From UHGV virus genome UHGV-0135983: a DNA stretch of 35,851 nt; one strand, 5' to 3'. Below are positions 16,057 to 23,520 of the stretch, piece by piece (the stretch's first letter is position 1; each line of letters starts with the position of its first letter). Source of the DNA: a virus. The notes under the pieces are model-generated. The model searched no databases and was not told the DNA's origin. It saw only the letters and a list, made by a program, of their open reading frames with translations. A program made the translations under genes and the position numbers.

Positions 16057-16084
16057 AGCGAGGAGAGCGGTCGGAATCCCGACC
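16051..16084 (-). promoter_or_regulatory. Late-promoter candidate b upstream of the capsid gene
   Basis: Minus strand reads GGTCGGGATTCCGACC-N12-AACAAT. Confidence 0.5.
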
Positions 16085-16109
16085 AAATGAGCGAAAGTAA
16101 GCCGTGCTG

Positions 16110-16994
16110 TTACCCTCTGGGTTCTTTTATCCTATAACCTGTGCCAGGCATGAATTCATCAATAACTCTTGCCGCGTGACCTATAACTCGAAACGCTGAG
16201 CGTGCTTCTTCATCGGTAATTTTAGTCGCTTTAGTCGGGTCATAATCAGGAGTTTGGTCATCGTCAAAATGTACTCGATAGCCAAATTTTGATATTTCTC
16301 TGAAAATGGAACTAACTGACCTATCAATAGTTGCCATAGTGTCCATTAATCTATTTTTATCCTCCTCAATTTTATTTTTTATTTTCTCATAAGGGCCTAG
16401 CTCATCTACTAAATCTTTAAGAGCATCCGACTTAGAATTTATTTCACCTTCAATTTCATTAAGTTTCCCTTCCGCCAACTCAAGCTTCGAACTTAAAATA
16501 TTAAATTGTTCTTCAGCTTCTTCATATGACTTCTTAATGCTCTCGATATCATGTGTAACTTTAGTAACCTTGAGTTCTTCTTCTGCATTCCTTTTTGCAA
16601 ACAGAGATGTTTGATAAGCTAGTGCGCTATCTGCTTTAGCTGTGTATTCAGCAATGATTTCACGAGCCTCACTCTCAGATTTTGCCCTTTTGATATCGTT
16701 ACCATCAGCGATTTTTTGCGCGCATCTTTGAAAAAAACTCACAGCATGACTAGCATAAGGAAAAAGAACGGCAATAATAAAACCCAAAAGGATAGGAGCA
16801 ACTACAGAATACCAAAAAATACATGGTTCACTTTTCACTTTAATGATTCTATCTTGTAGTTCTCCACTACCCATTAAAACTATCAATAAACTATCCCAGT
16901 TAAACCCCAGCCATGAGAGGACTATGAACCCGAAAAGAGGAGTGTTTATTCTTTGAATTAAAGTTTTCTTTACCGCATCAGCTAATTCGTCCAT
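16110..16994 (-). CDS. AT-rich moron: membrane-anchored coiled-coil protein of unknown function
   Basis: The protein is 294 aa with two predicted TM helices (res ~18-42 and ~57-80). A ~120-aa heptad-like charged region and a C-terminal globular part follow. The gene has its own promoter-like ATGACT-17-TTAAAT and an AAGGG SD. Confidence 0.7.
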   Translation of the reverse strand: MDELADAVKKTLIQRINTPLFGFIVLSWLGFNWDSLLIVLMGSGELQDRIIKVKSEPCIFWYSVVAPILLGFIIAVLFPYASHAVSFFQRCAQKIADGNDIKRAKSESEAREIIAEYTAKADSALAYQTSLFAKRNAEEELKVTKVTHDIESIKKSYEEAEEQFNILSSKLELAEGKLNEIEGEINSKSDALKDLVDELGPYEKIKNKIEEDKNRLMDTMATIDRSVSSIFREISKFGYRVHFDDDQTPDYDPTKATKITDEEARSAFRVIGHAARVIDEFMPGTGYRIKEPRG

Positions 16995-17066
16995 ACGCTT
17001 ACCCTTATGAAGAAACTATCGAAGGATATTTAAGAGTAAAAGGCAAGAAAAGTCATTAACTTTAAA

Positions 17067-17095
17067 TAGAAAAAGCCAGCGAAGTTATACTGGCC
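17067..17095 (-). terminator. Intrinsic terminator after the scaffold gene, upstream of the moron
   Basis: Minus strand reads GCCAG, a 10-nt loop, CTGGC, then TTTTTCTATTT. Confidence 0.55.
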
Positions 17096-17115
17096 TTTGA
17101 TATTACCGTGGCGTG

Positions 17116-17964
17116 TCACACTACGGTTTGCTCGCCGTAACGCTTCTGGTAGTACGCTTTAACCTGTGCAGATACGCGTTCATGGTCGGTATGCTTCGGA
17201 TTCATGTACGCTTCGGACTTCATCAGGTCGCGGATTGATTGCTGCTCTGCCGGGTTGCTGTCTGCGCCCGCTGGCGCGTCTTCCTGCATTTCCGCACCGA
17301 TTTTCGCCAGCATGCGGATCACCATCGGGTTATTGCCGATTTCATCAATGCGGCCGCGATCACCTTCATCGGTCAGGGAATTGAACGCGCGGAAAGCCAG
17401 ACCGATATTCTTGTTAAATTCCGCGTCAGTCTTCCAGACTTCGCGCAGCTGCGTGGTGGCCGCCTCCGAATCCAGCGCCGCGGCGCCGTTGACCAGTTCA
17501 GGCGCAATCTGCGCGTATTCGCTGATAATAAATCCCATCTGATCGTTAGTGATGCCCTTGGCGTGCGCCGACTTCATGAATGATTGCATGCGGGGATCGG
17601 CCTTGAACTCGTCCCAGTTGAAGCCCTCGGCCTTCACCTCAGGTGCATAATCATCTGCCGTTTTCGGCGGCGCGTCGCCGCTGCCCATGCGCTTTTCAAG
17701 GTGCGAGTAAGCATGCGCCAGTTTGCGGGCAGAGCCTTCAATGTCGAGTTTTCCACCTTCGCCCATAACGCGGTATTTTTCAGGTATCCAGTCATTCGCG
17801 CCCGGTTCGCCCGCTCCGGTGCTGAGAAGTGTATTGCCAGCAGAATTATCAGCGCCCTGATTTTCAGTACCACCGCCATTGCCACCATCATTACCCCCTG
17901 TGCTGCCTGCTGGCGCTTCGGCGCCCTGCTCGGCGTTCATGAATAAGTGTTTAATCTTCCACAT
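17116..17964 (-). CDS. Scaffolding protein
   Basis: The protein is 282 aa, acidic and low-complexity (a GGNDGGNGGG tract). It lies between the portal and capsid genes. Confidence 0.65.
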   Translation of the reverse strand: MWKIKHLFMNAEQGAEAPAGSTGGNDGGNGGGTENQGADNSAGNTLLSTGAGEPGANDWIPEKYRVMGEGGKLDIEGSARKLAHAYSHLEKRMGSGDAPPKTADDYAPEVKAEGFNWDEFKADPRMQSFMKSAHAKGITNDQMGFIISEYAQIAPELVNGAAALDSEAATTQLREVWKTDAEFNKNIGLAFRAFNSLTDEGDRGRIDEIGNNPMVIRMLAKIGAEMQEDAPAGADSNPAEQQSIRDLMKSEAYMNPKHTDHERVSAQVKAYYQKRYGEQTVV

Positions 17965-18184
17965 CGTCGTTTACTCCATCTACACGGTTGATTTGCATCA
18001 GAATGAAATCGAGCACGGCACGTTGTCCGGCCCGGTAACAGGTTTCGCGGTCGCCCTCGGCGCCGCCGGGAACGTATGCCGCACGCCCGAATCGGCGCGT
18101 TAAATCATCCAGTACCTGCGTGCCGCCCGGCATTTCCTCGAAAATGCGTTTGTAGTCCGCCGGTGATACTTGTTTAGTAGCCAT
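17951..18184 (-). CDS. Small hypothetical virion-module protein
   Basis: The protein is 77 aa and is coupled to the portal stop (ATG at 18184 overlaps TAA). Confidence 0.5.
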   Translation of the reverse strand: MATKQVSPADYKRIFEEMPGGTQVLDDLTRRFGRAAYVPGGAEGDRETCYRAGQRAVLDFILMQINRVDGVNDDVED

Positions 18185-19806
18185 TAACCCCCCGCTACTC
18201 GTTGGCCCAGTGCTGCGCCTGCCTGCTGCCCTGCGGCGGTTGCCGCTTCGCTACCTGCCTGCATCATTAGCGCTTGCCCTGCCTGTTGCTGCTGCGCCTG
18301 CTGGCGCTGCTGGCGAAGTTGCTCGACGGCATCAGACGAGCGAATGACTTTCGCCGGTACGCCCAGCGCATCCGCTATCACGCGGGTCGCTTCGTCGGTG
18401 TCGATTAGGTCGGTGACTTCTGGTGATACCTGCGCCAGATTGGCCACGTTCGCGCCAAGGCGTTCAATAGCGGTGACGTTTTCCAGCTGCTGCGCGCGGG
18501 CAAGCGGCGAGATATAGCGCACGTTGAAATTGGCGTTTTGCAGGCTATCCGGCGCTGGCGGGAATACACCGGCGCGGAATGCCAGACCGAAACAGCGTTC
18601 TACCAGTGGTTGCAGGTATTCAGCCTGGAATCGGCCATAGACCGGGCCGAGCAGCTGGCGGATCAGCGCGACACGCACATGCACTTCGGTAGCGGTCATT
18701 GCCGGGCCGTCCTGCGGTTGCAGCTGGTCGGCCATCATGATTTTGCGGATCGACGCCTGCAGGCGTTCTTCTGCAGTAAACGCCACGTTGAAATCGGCGC
18801 CGGTGAGCAACGGTTTCATGCTGTCTACGCTGTTCGCCACGATGATGCGGCGCGGGCCGACCTTGACCGTGCGCGGATTGAGTACGCCGTCATCTTCGGC
18901 AATCCACATCCCGGCGATAGCCAGATCCTGCGCGGCTTTCTCCATGCGCTTCGTTTCGTTCAGCTCTTTGCAGTCCGGCAGCGCGTCGTATACCGGGCCG
19001 ATACCGTACGGCGTGCCGGGGATTTTCATCCAGCGCGGTACGCAGCAGGGGAATTCGTGATAGCCGGATTCGCGCACGATGAGCTTGCCGCTCACCTCCA
19101 CGTTGTACGATGCAAAGCGCAGGTTTTTAGCCAGGCGCGCATTCACCACGTAGTTTTCACGCGGGAAAATGCAGTGCAGGAAGTCGAATTTGTCATCCGG
19201 CTTTTTGGCGGCTGCGTCGCGAATCTTCTTGCTGACCTTATCCGCGCCGAATTCTTTAATCGCCTGCTCTGCGGTGAGCTGGTAGCGGCGATAAATCGTG
19301 TCCACGATGCCGTCGCGACGGGTGGAAGTGACAAAGCACTGCGCCAGCGGCCACTGCTGGAACGAGAATCCGCCCTCTTCGCGGTCTTCGTCGATGTACA
19401 GCGCAAACCAGCCAGCACACACCACATCGAGATTCACCTCGTAGCCTTCGGCGTCGAAATTGGCGGCGTGGATGTTTTCCCATACCAGCGTTGCGCAGGT
19501 GGACAACCACGCGGCGGCATCATCCGGCAGCGATTCGCTGTCGAGGTTCAGCCACTGCGCGTTTGCCGGGGTCATGCCGGACATGAGAGCAGACGCCAGC
19601 ATGCGGGCGCTGTCGGTGGCCGTGCCGTCAAGCAGCCGTGCCACCTTCGATTTCGCGCTCTGTGCGTCCAGCACCTCATCGGATAGCCCCGCGCCGCGCA
19701 GCGGATAGGTGTAGTCGTAGCATTCCCGCCAGACACTTTCGTGCACCTGTCGGTTGGCTTTCAGCGTATCGGCACGCTTAACCAGCTTTACGGCGAGTTC
19801 ATCCAT
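18184..19806 (-). CDS. Portal (head-to-tail connector, T7 gp8-class)
   Basis: The N-terminal pattern RQVHESVWRECYDYTYPLRG...DGTATDSARMLASALMSGMTP is typical of podovirus connector proteins. The protein is 540 aa. Confidence 0.85.
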   Translation of the reverse strand: MDELAVKLVKRADTLKANRQVHESVWRECYDYTYPLRGAGLSDEVLDAQSAKSKVARLLDGTATDSARMLASALMSGMTPANAQWLNLDSESLPDDAAAWLSTCATLVWENIHAANFDAEGYEVNLDVVCAGWFALYIDEDREEGGFSFQQWPLAQCFVTSTRRDGIVDTIYRRYQLTAEQAIKEFGADKVSKKIRDAAAKKPDDKFDFLHCIFPRENYVVNARLAKNLRFASYNVEVSGKLIVRESGYHEFPCCVPRWMKIPGTPYGIGPVYDALPDCKELNETKRMEKAAQDLAIAGMWIAEDDGVLNPRTVKVGPRRIIVANSVDSMKPLLTGADFNVAFTAEERLQASIRKIMMADQLQPQDGPAMTATEVHVRVALIRQLLGPVYGRFQAEYLQPLVERCFGLAFRAGVFPPAPDSLQNANFNVRYISPLARAQQLENVTAIERLGANVANLAQVSPEVTDLIDTDEATRVIADALGVPAKVIRSSDAVEQLRQQRQQAQQQQAGQALMMQAGSEAATAAGQQAGAALGQRVAGG

Positions 19807-19809
19807 CGA

Positions 19810-20031
19810 TTATGCCCCTAAGGTGTTTTTTGCTGCCTGGGCGCCAGAGGAAAGCAGGGATGAACCTGTATCCGTCGCGCCTTCTGCGCCGCTGGCCAGC
19901 AGGGATGATCCCTGTTTGCGCTTTTTGCGCGCTGCGGCGTCGGCGTTCGCTGCCTTTGCTGCGGCGTCGGCTGCTGCATCTGCCTCAGCCTGCGGATCCT
20001 GCTGTACAACTTTGGGTGCGCTACCACACAT
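19810..20031 (-). CDS. Small Ala-rich hypothetical protein
   Basis: A strong AAGGAG SD lies 7 nt upstream of the ATG. The protein is 73 aa. Confidence 0.55.
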   Translation of the reverse strand: MCGSAPKVVQQDPQAEADAAADAAAKAANADAAARKKRKQGSSLLASGAEGATDTGSSLLSSGAQAAKNTLGA

Positions 20032-20041
20032 AAAATTCTCC

Positions 20042-20482
20042 TTAGCCCGGAACGTGCCAGCCGTGTTCGGTTAATACGGGTGCGCCGCGTACCGGCTGCG
20101 GCTTGCCCTCTTCGTTCGTCACCATTGCGCCCGTACCGCCGGTGGTAGCCTCAGTGGCTTTACGTACGAGGGTGAGGAATTCGAGATTGTCGGTAAGACT
20201 CTGGTCGTTCAGATCGGTAAAGCCCAGCTCTTCGAAGCGGGCAACGATGGTGGCGCCCTGCGCATTGAGTGTGCCAAGAATGGCGTTGCGCTCGGCCAGT
20301 GCGGTCGCGCCCAGCAACGTCGCAACGTTCTGCTGCACGGTCTGTTCGTCGCTACCGTTACCCTGCTGCTGCGCGCCGTTCTGTTCAGCAGTAATTAATT
20401 GCCCCTCTGTAACGAGCGTTTTTTCTTCCGGCGCCGTTTTTTCCTGCCCCGGCGTCTCAACGATTTTTTTCGGTCGAGCCAT
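20042..20482 (-). CDS. Hypothetical protein, first gene of the virion module
   Basis: The ATG at 20482 lies 9 nt after AGGAG. The ORF-track GTG at 20491 falls inside the SD. Confidence 0.55.
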   Translation of the reverse strand: MARPKKIVETPGQEKTAPEEKTLVTEGQLITAEQNGAQQQGNGSDEQTVQQNVATLLGATALAERNAILGTLNAQGATIVARFEELGFTDLNDQSLTDNLEFLTLVRKATEATTGGTGAMVTNEEGKPQPVRGAPVLTEHGWHVPG

Positions 20483-20509
20483 TTTTTTCACTCCTGAATT
20501 AGTGAGTCG

Positions 20510-20806
20510 TCATTGTGTGTTGCCCTTCTGGTCAGTTTCCCGACCAAAAACAGGGCGGCGGAACGTCCACCACTGCCGATAAAGCACTGTGGGGAGTTTT
20601 TTACGGTCTGAGCTGGTAGCCAGACACCAGAGAGCGATAAGTGCCTCACCGTGACCGTGGCGAGGTTCTGATCCGGATTTCCAACCGAGAACGGCAGATT
20701 TCGAAACGCCAAGTTCATCGGCGATTTGCTGAGTGGTGAGGTTTTTTCGTGTCAGGTCAGTAATGACTCTGAACCAGTCTGTACGGAAGGTGGCGACCAG
20801 CGGCAT
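20510..20806 (-). CDS. Small HTH DNA-binding protein, a candidate late-gene regulator
   Basis: LTTQQIADELGVSKSAVLGW is a sigma-region-4/HTH_23-like helix-turn-helix. This is the last gene before the virion module. Confidence 0.6.
   Translation of the reverse strand: MPLVATFRTDWFRVITDLTRKNLTTQQIADELGVSKSAVLGWKSGSEPRHGHGEALIALWCLATSSDRKKLPTVLYRQWWTFRRPVFGRETDQKGNTQ
20512..20545 (-). promoter_or_regulatory. Late-promoter candidate a
   Basis: Minus strand reads GGTCGGGAAACTGACC-N12-CACAAT. It lies inside the 3' end of the HTH gene, 30 nt upstream of the ATG at 20482. Confidence 0.5.
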
Positions 20807-20961
20807 AAATCAGCCCCCTAAACGCGCGCGTGCGCGAGCATAGAGAAGGGCAAAATCGCCGCCCGCCAGAATGAAAAAGGAGCCTGAACAGAATTTCATG
20901 CTTTCCGGACGCGCTGGCCAACCGCATTTTTTAGCGTTATCTGCTGCTCCTAGAGACGGAA

Positions 20962-21264
20962 TTAAATTCTGCATAAGCGTAATTCCTTTACCTCGCTAGT
21001 GACCTGTTCGAGCAATTCAGTCTCCGTTCCGTAGTTTTCTTCCCATGTTTTTTGCCCTGCGTGGATAGCTACGCCGTGTCCGCCGGTTCTGTGGTGTGGA
21101 GGGCAAAGCGGGAGAGTTTCTTTGTGGTCGGCGCGCTGGGCTATGCCCTGCCCTTTGCGGATATGGTGAACCTCTGCAGGTGTAGCGCCGTAGCCAAGAT
21201 TTCTGCATACGACGCAACCCAGTGATGCAACGTCTTCCAGCCAGCGTTTATCGTCTTTGGTCAT
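20962..21264 (-). CDS. Ref-like RecA-dependent HNH-type nuclease (DUF968-like)
   Basis: Motifs are CVVC...EVHHIR...LPLCPPHH...H. Confidence 0.65.
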   Translation of the reverse strand: MTKDDKRWLEDVASLGCVVCRNLGYGATPAEVHHIRKGQGIAQRADHKETLPLCPPHHRTGGHGVAIHAGQKTWEENYGTETELLEQVTSEVKELRLCRI

Positions 21265-21275
21265 GGCGATATTTC

Positions 21276-21872
21276 TCAGGCGGCATAGCTGAATAATTGC
21301 GAGGCTGCGTTTTCTGCTGCCTGCTGATTGGGGAATGTGCGGAATAAAATAAAATTCCAGAGGACGTCTAATACGGATTTATACAGCTGAGAAAATTCTA
21401 CATCGTCCATTTTTGCGAACGATATGGATTTGGGTTCCTTGCGGGTAGTGCCATCAGGCATCTGGTATTCGGTATAAAAACCGGCTTCGATAGTTACCCA
21501 GGAACGGAACGCTTCAAACGATTTAACCGCACTAATATTTCCGGCGCGTTTTTCTGCTTCATCGCGGAGATACTGATCAGCCAGTTCCTGCAATGTGTCG
21601 GCATGCCCGGCATAGTGGGCCACCAGCTGCACGTAACCACGAACCAGTTTTTTATCGGCTGGCGATATTGCACCGCCGGAAGGTTGCCAGTAATCAAATC
21701 CCAGATTCAGGAGGGCAAAAAATTTGCGGTGGAACGCCGGGTTTCTTGCCTGCTTAAAATCCGCATACAGAATACCGCCCATGCGAACTTTTTTTTCTAA
21801 GAATTCGCGGGCGTCAGGCGTTGCTGGAATTAATACACCGCCAGGTGCTTTTACAAAAGAATACTGCGCCAT
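21276..21872 (-). CDS. DUF1367-like phage protein
   Basis: The N-terminus MAQYSFVKAPGGVLIPATP...ADFKQARNPAFHRKFFALLNLGF matches my recollection of this family. Confidence 0.55.
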   Translation of the reverse strand: MAQYSFVKAPGGVLIPATPDAREFLEKKVRMGGILYADFKQARNPAFHRKFFALLNLGFDYWQPSGGAISPADKKLVRGYVQLVAHYAGHADTLQELADQYLRDEAEKRAGNISAVKSFEAFRSWVTIEAGFYTEYQMPDGTTRKEPKSISFAKMDDVEFSQLYKSVLDVLWNFILFRTFPNQQAAENAASQLFSYAA

Positions 21873-21940
21873 TGGGTTCCCCTTTAGCGCAGCAATTGTT
21901 CAGAATTACATGGTGTTGGGTGTTCAGGCCAACGGGGTAA

Positions 21941-22132
21941 TTATAGCATATTGCCGTCTGGTTTGATAATGGTATAACCAGTCAATTTAGCTAATTCAAA
22001 CAACGCGTTAAGTGTCGCTACGTGCTCATCGGAATGGACGATTCTCGTCTTCTTAATTTTGCCCTTTTTACATGTTATCAGCACATCACCATCATCGGGG
22101 AGAAGGTCTCCTGCATCTTTCTTATCAATCAC
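21941..22132 (-). CDS. Small AT-rich protein behind a LexA box, a candidate SOS-controlled antirepressor
   Basis: The maximal ORF runs to a TTG at 22201, but the predicted promoter and SOS box lie inside that extension. GTG at 22132 lies 5 nt after GGGAG and gives 63 aa. Confidence 0.45.
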   Translation of the reverse strand: MIDKKDAGDLLPDDGDVLITCKKGKIKKTRIVHSDEHVATLNALFELAKLTGYTIIKPDGNML

Positions 22133-22152
22133 TACCTCTCCCTCGCTGATAA

Positions 22153-22201
22153 TACTGTATAAATTCACAGTATATATACTACCAACTGACAGTGAGCGCA
22201 A
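22153..22201 (-). promoter_or_regulatory. Sigma70-like promoter followed immediately by a LexA (SOS) box
   Basis: The promoter is TTGCGC (22201-22196), 17 nt, TATATA (22178-22173). The box TACTGTGAATTTATACAGTA (22172-22153) has intact CTGT-N8-ACAG arms. It has 3 mismatches to TACTGTATATATATACAGTA, all in the spacer. Confidence 0.7.
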
Positions 22202-22261
22202 ACTTTTAAGAGCACGAATCGTTAAAAATCAACAATAAAACTGAAAATATCCGTTTGAATT

Positions 22262-22288
22262 CAAAAGAAAACCGCCATTTCTGGCGGT
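22262..22288 (-). terminator. Intrinsic terminator after gene 22315-22653
   Basis: Minus strand reads ACCGCCA, GAAA, TGGCGGT, then TTTCTTTTG. The stem is a 7-bp perfect match. Confidence 0.7.
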
Positions 22289-22314
22289 TCTGTTTTATCT
22301 GGTATGGTTGTTCG

Positions 22315-22653
22315 CTATGCTGACAATTTAGTTTCGTGCCACCCTCGCGTTACCCAGCATTTCGAATCACCAGCGCACGGGCAGGAGGTGATCGGCAGCG
22401 ACTCACCGCATTTTCTACACAGACGTTTGCTGATCGATTTGATATGGCCACTAAGCCGCGCATCATCCTGACGGATCAGCATAGATATATACTCGGCCAG
22501 TTCGTACGGTTCACGGCCCGGGCGCCGGGCGGCGCAGTTACGCGCCAGCATGTCCATTTCCTGCGCATCGAGAACCAGCTCAATTTTCCGGTTGCCGGCG
22601 GCAGATTGCCGCGCCCTCTGCGCGGCTTTACGTTCTGCGGATGATTTAGCCAT
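22315..22653 (-). CDS. Hypothetical protein with a C-terminal Cys cluster
   Basis: The protein is 112 aa. CRKCGESLPITSCPCAGDSKC looks like a zinc ribbon. The SD is GAGAAGG. Confidence 0.55.
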   Translation of the reverse strand: MAKSSAERKAAQRARQSAAGNRKIELVLDAQEMDMLARNCAARRPGREPYELAEYISMLIRQDDARLSGHIKSISKRLCRKCGESLPITSCPCAGDSKCWVTRGWHETKLSA

Positions 22654-22686
22654 AAATCACCTTCTCGCAGCACTTACAGCATTTTG

Positions 22687-23520
22687 TCATGCTGCACGCT
22701 CCTGTTTCTGTTGTGCTGCAGGGTTAAGCCAGAGGCATTCAGTACGGACTTTCGTACCGCGCCCGGCACTGATGCGCGATGCTTTCTCGGTCTTCGCCCA
22801 GCCGGATAGCATGTCGTTGTAGACATCAGTGTCGTAACCGCTAATCATCACCATGCCTTTCATCGTTCTGGACACAGCGAGCAATTGCTCATGCCCTTCA
22901 ACGGTCATTTCATGGTTGTAATAACGATTTTTCTGCACTCGTGTTTCCGGCATATATGGCGGATCGATGTAATGCAGCGTCGTTTCTGCGTCGTGGGCGC
23001 GCATTACCGCCAGAGCGTCTTTGTTCTCGATGATGACTCCTTGAAGGCGCTGACAGACAACAGCGAGATTAGCCGGGTAACGCTCCCATAGATGCGCCGC
23101 CGTAGCGTATTTGCGTTTGCTGTCGCTGCGGAAGCCGGATTGACCGCCGATACCTGCGGCAGAGCCGAACCCCATACAGGCACGAACCACCATGCGGCGG
23201 GCGCGTTCGATAGGGTCAGTGGCTGGTTGCTGAGCGTGACAGAACTCATCGCGTGAATACGGGGTCAGGCAACAGGCATCCTGCAGGCGCTGGTTTAATT
23301 CAGGGTCGCGCAATACACGAAACAGGTTCACCACCTCGCCGTCGAGATCGTTGTACACCTCTGAATAGCTACGCGCTTTTTGTAGCAATACGCCAGCAGC
23401 CCCGCCGAACGGTTCGACATAGCAGACGTGTTCCGGCATCTGCTCGATAATCCAGTGTGCCAGTCGGAATTTCCCGCCGTGATATCTGATTACAGGATGC
23501 CTGATTTTTTTTTCAATCAT
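22687..23520 (-). CDS. dam: Dam-type (D12 class) N6-adenine DNA methyltransferase
   Basis: Motifs are EPFGGAAGV (SAM binding) and IDPPY. The protein is 277 aa. Confidence 0.85.
   Translation of the reverse strand: MIEKKIRHPVIRYHGGKFRLAHWIIEQMPEHVCYVEPFGGAAGVLLQKARSYSEVYNDLDGEVVNLFRVLRDPELNQRLQDACCLTPYSRDEFCHAQQPATDPIERARRMVVRACMGFGSAAGIGGQSGFRSDSKRKYATAAHLWERYPANLAVVCQRLQGVIIENKDALAVMRAHDAETTLHYIDPPYMPETRVQKNRYYNHEMTVEGHEQLLAVSRTMKGMVMISGYDTDVYNDMLSGWAKTEKASRISAGRGTKVRTECLWLNPAAQQKQERAA

Noticed and set aside
18538-19686. 382-aa + strand ORF inside the portal gene, and similar long antisense ORFs (3532-4269, 9819-10418, 10560-10979, 13884-14513, 15336-15917, 17584-17946, 26505-26942).
   Set aside because: They lie antisense to genes with clear family signatures. 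They lack SD sequences and have Arg/Ala/Gly-rich or otherwise skewed composition typical of shadow frames in GC-rich coding DNA.
20823-20836. 14-nt alternating pyrimidine-purine run CGCGCGCGTGCGCG (Z-DNA-prone) in the intergenic region upstream of the HTH gene.
   Set aside because: It is short and single-copy, with no associated repeat or gene-boundary logic that I could tie to function. It is noted only as a compositional oddity.
20807-20961. About 55-codon minus-strand ORF (MRLASASGKHEILF...) in the Ref-HTH intergenic region.
   Set aside because: It has no SD, its sequence is low-complexity, and it runs out of frame into the HTH gene. It is more likely non-coding leader or regulatory DNA.
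23462-23478. AGTCGGAATTTCCCGCC inside the Dam gene resembles the late-promoter dyad.
   Set aside because: It has a one-nucleotide longer centre and a broken right half-site. No A2/T6 hexamer lies at the 12-nt spacing, and it is not upstream of any gene start. It is likely coincidental coding sequence (HGGKFRLA).
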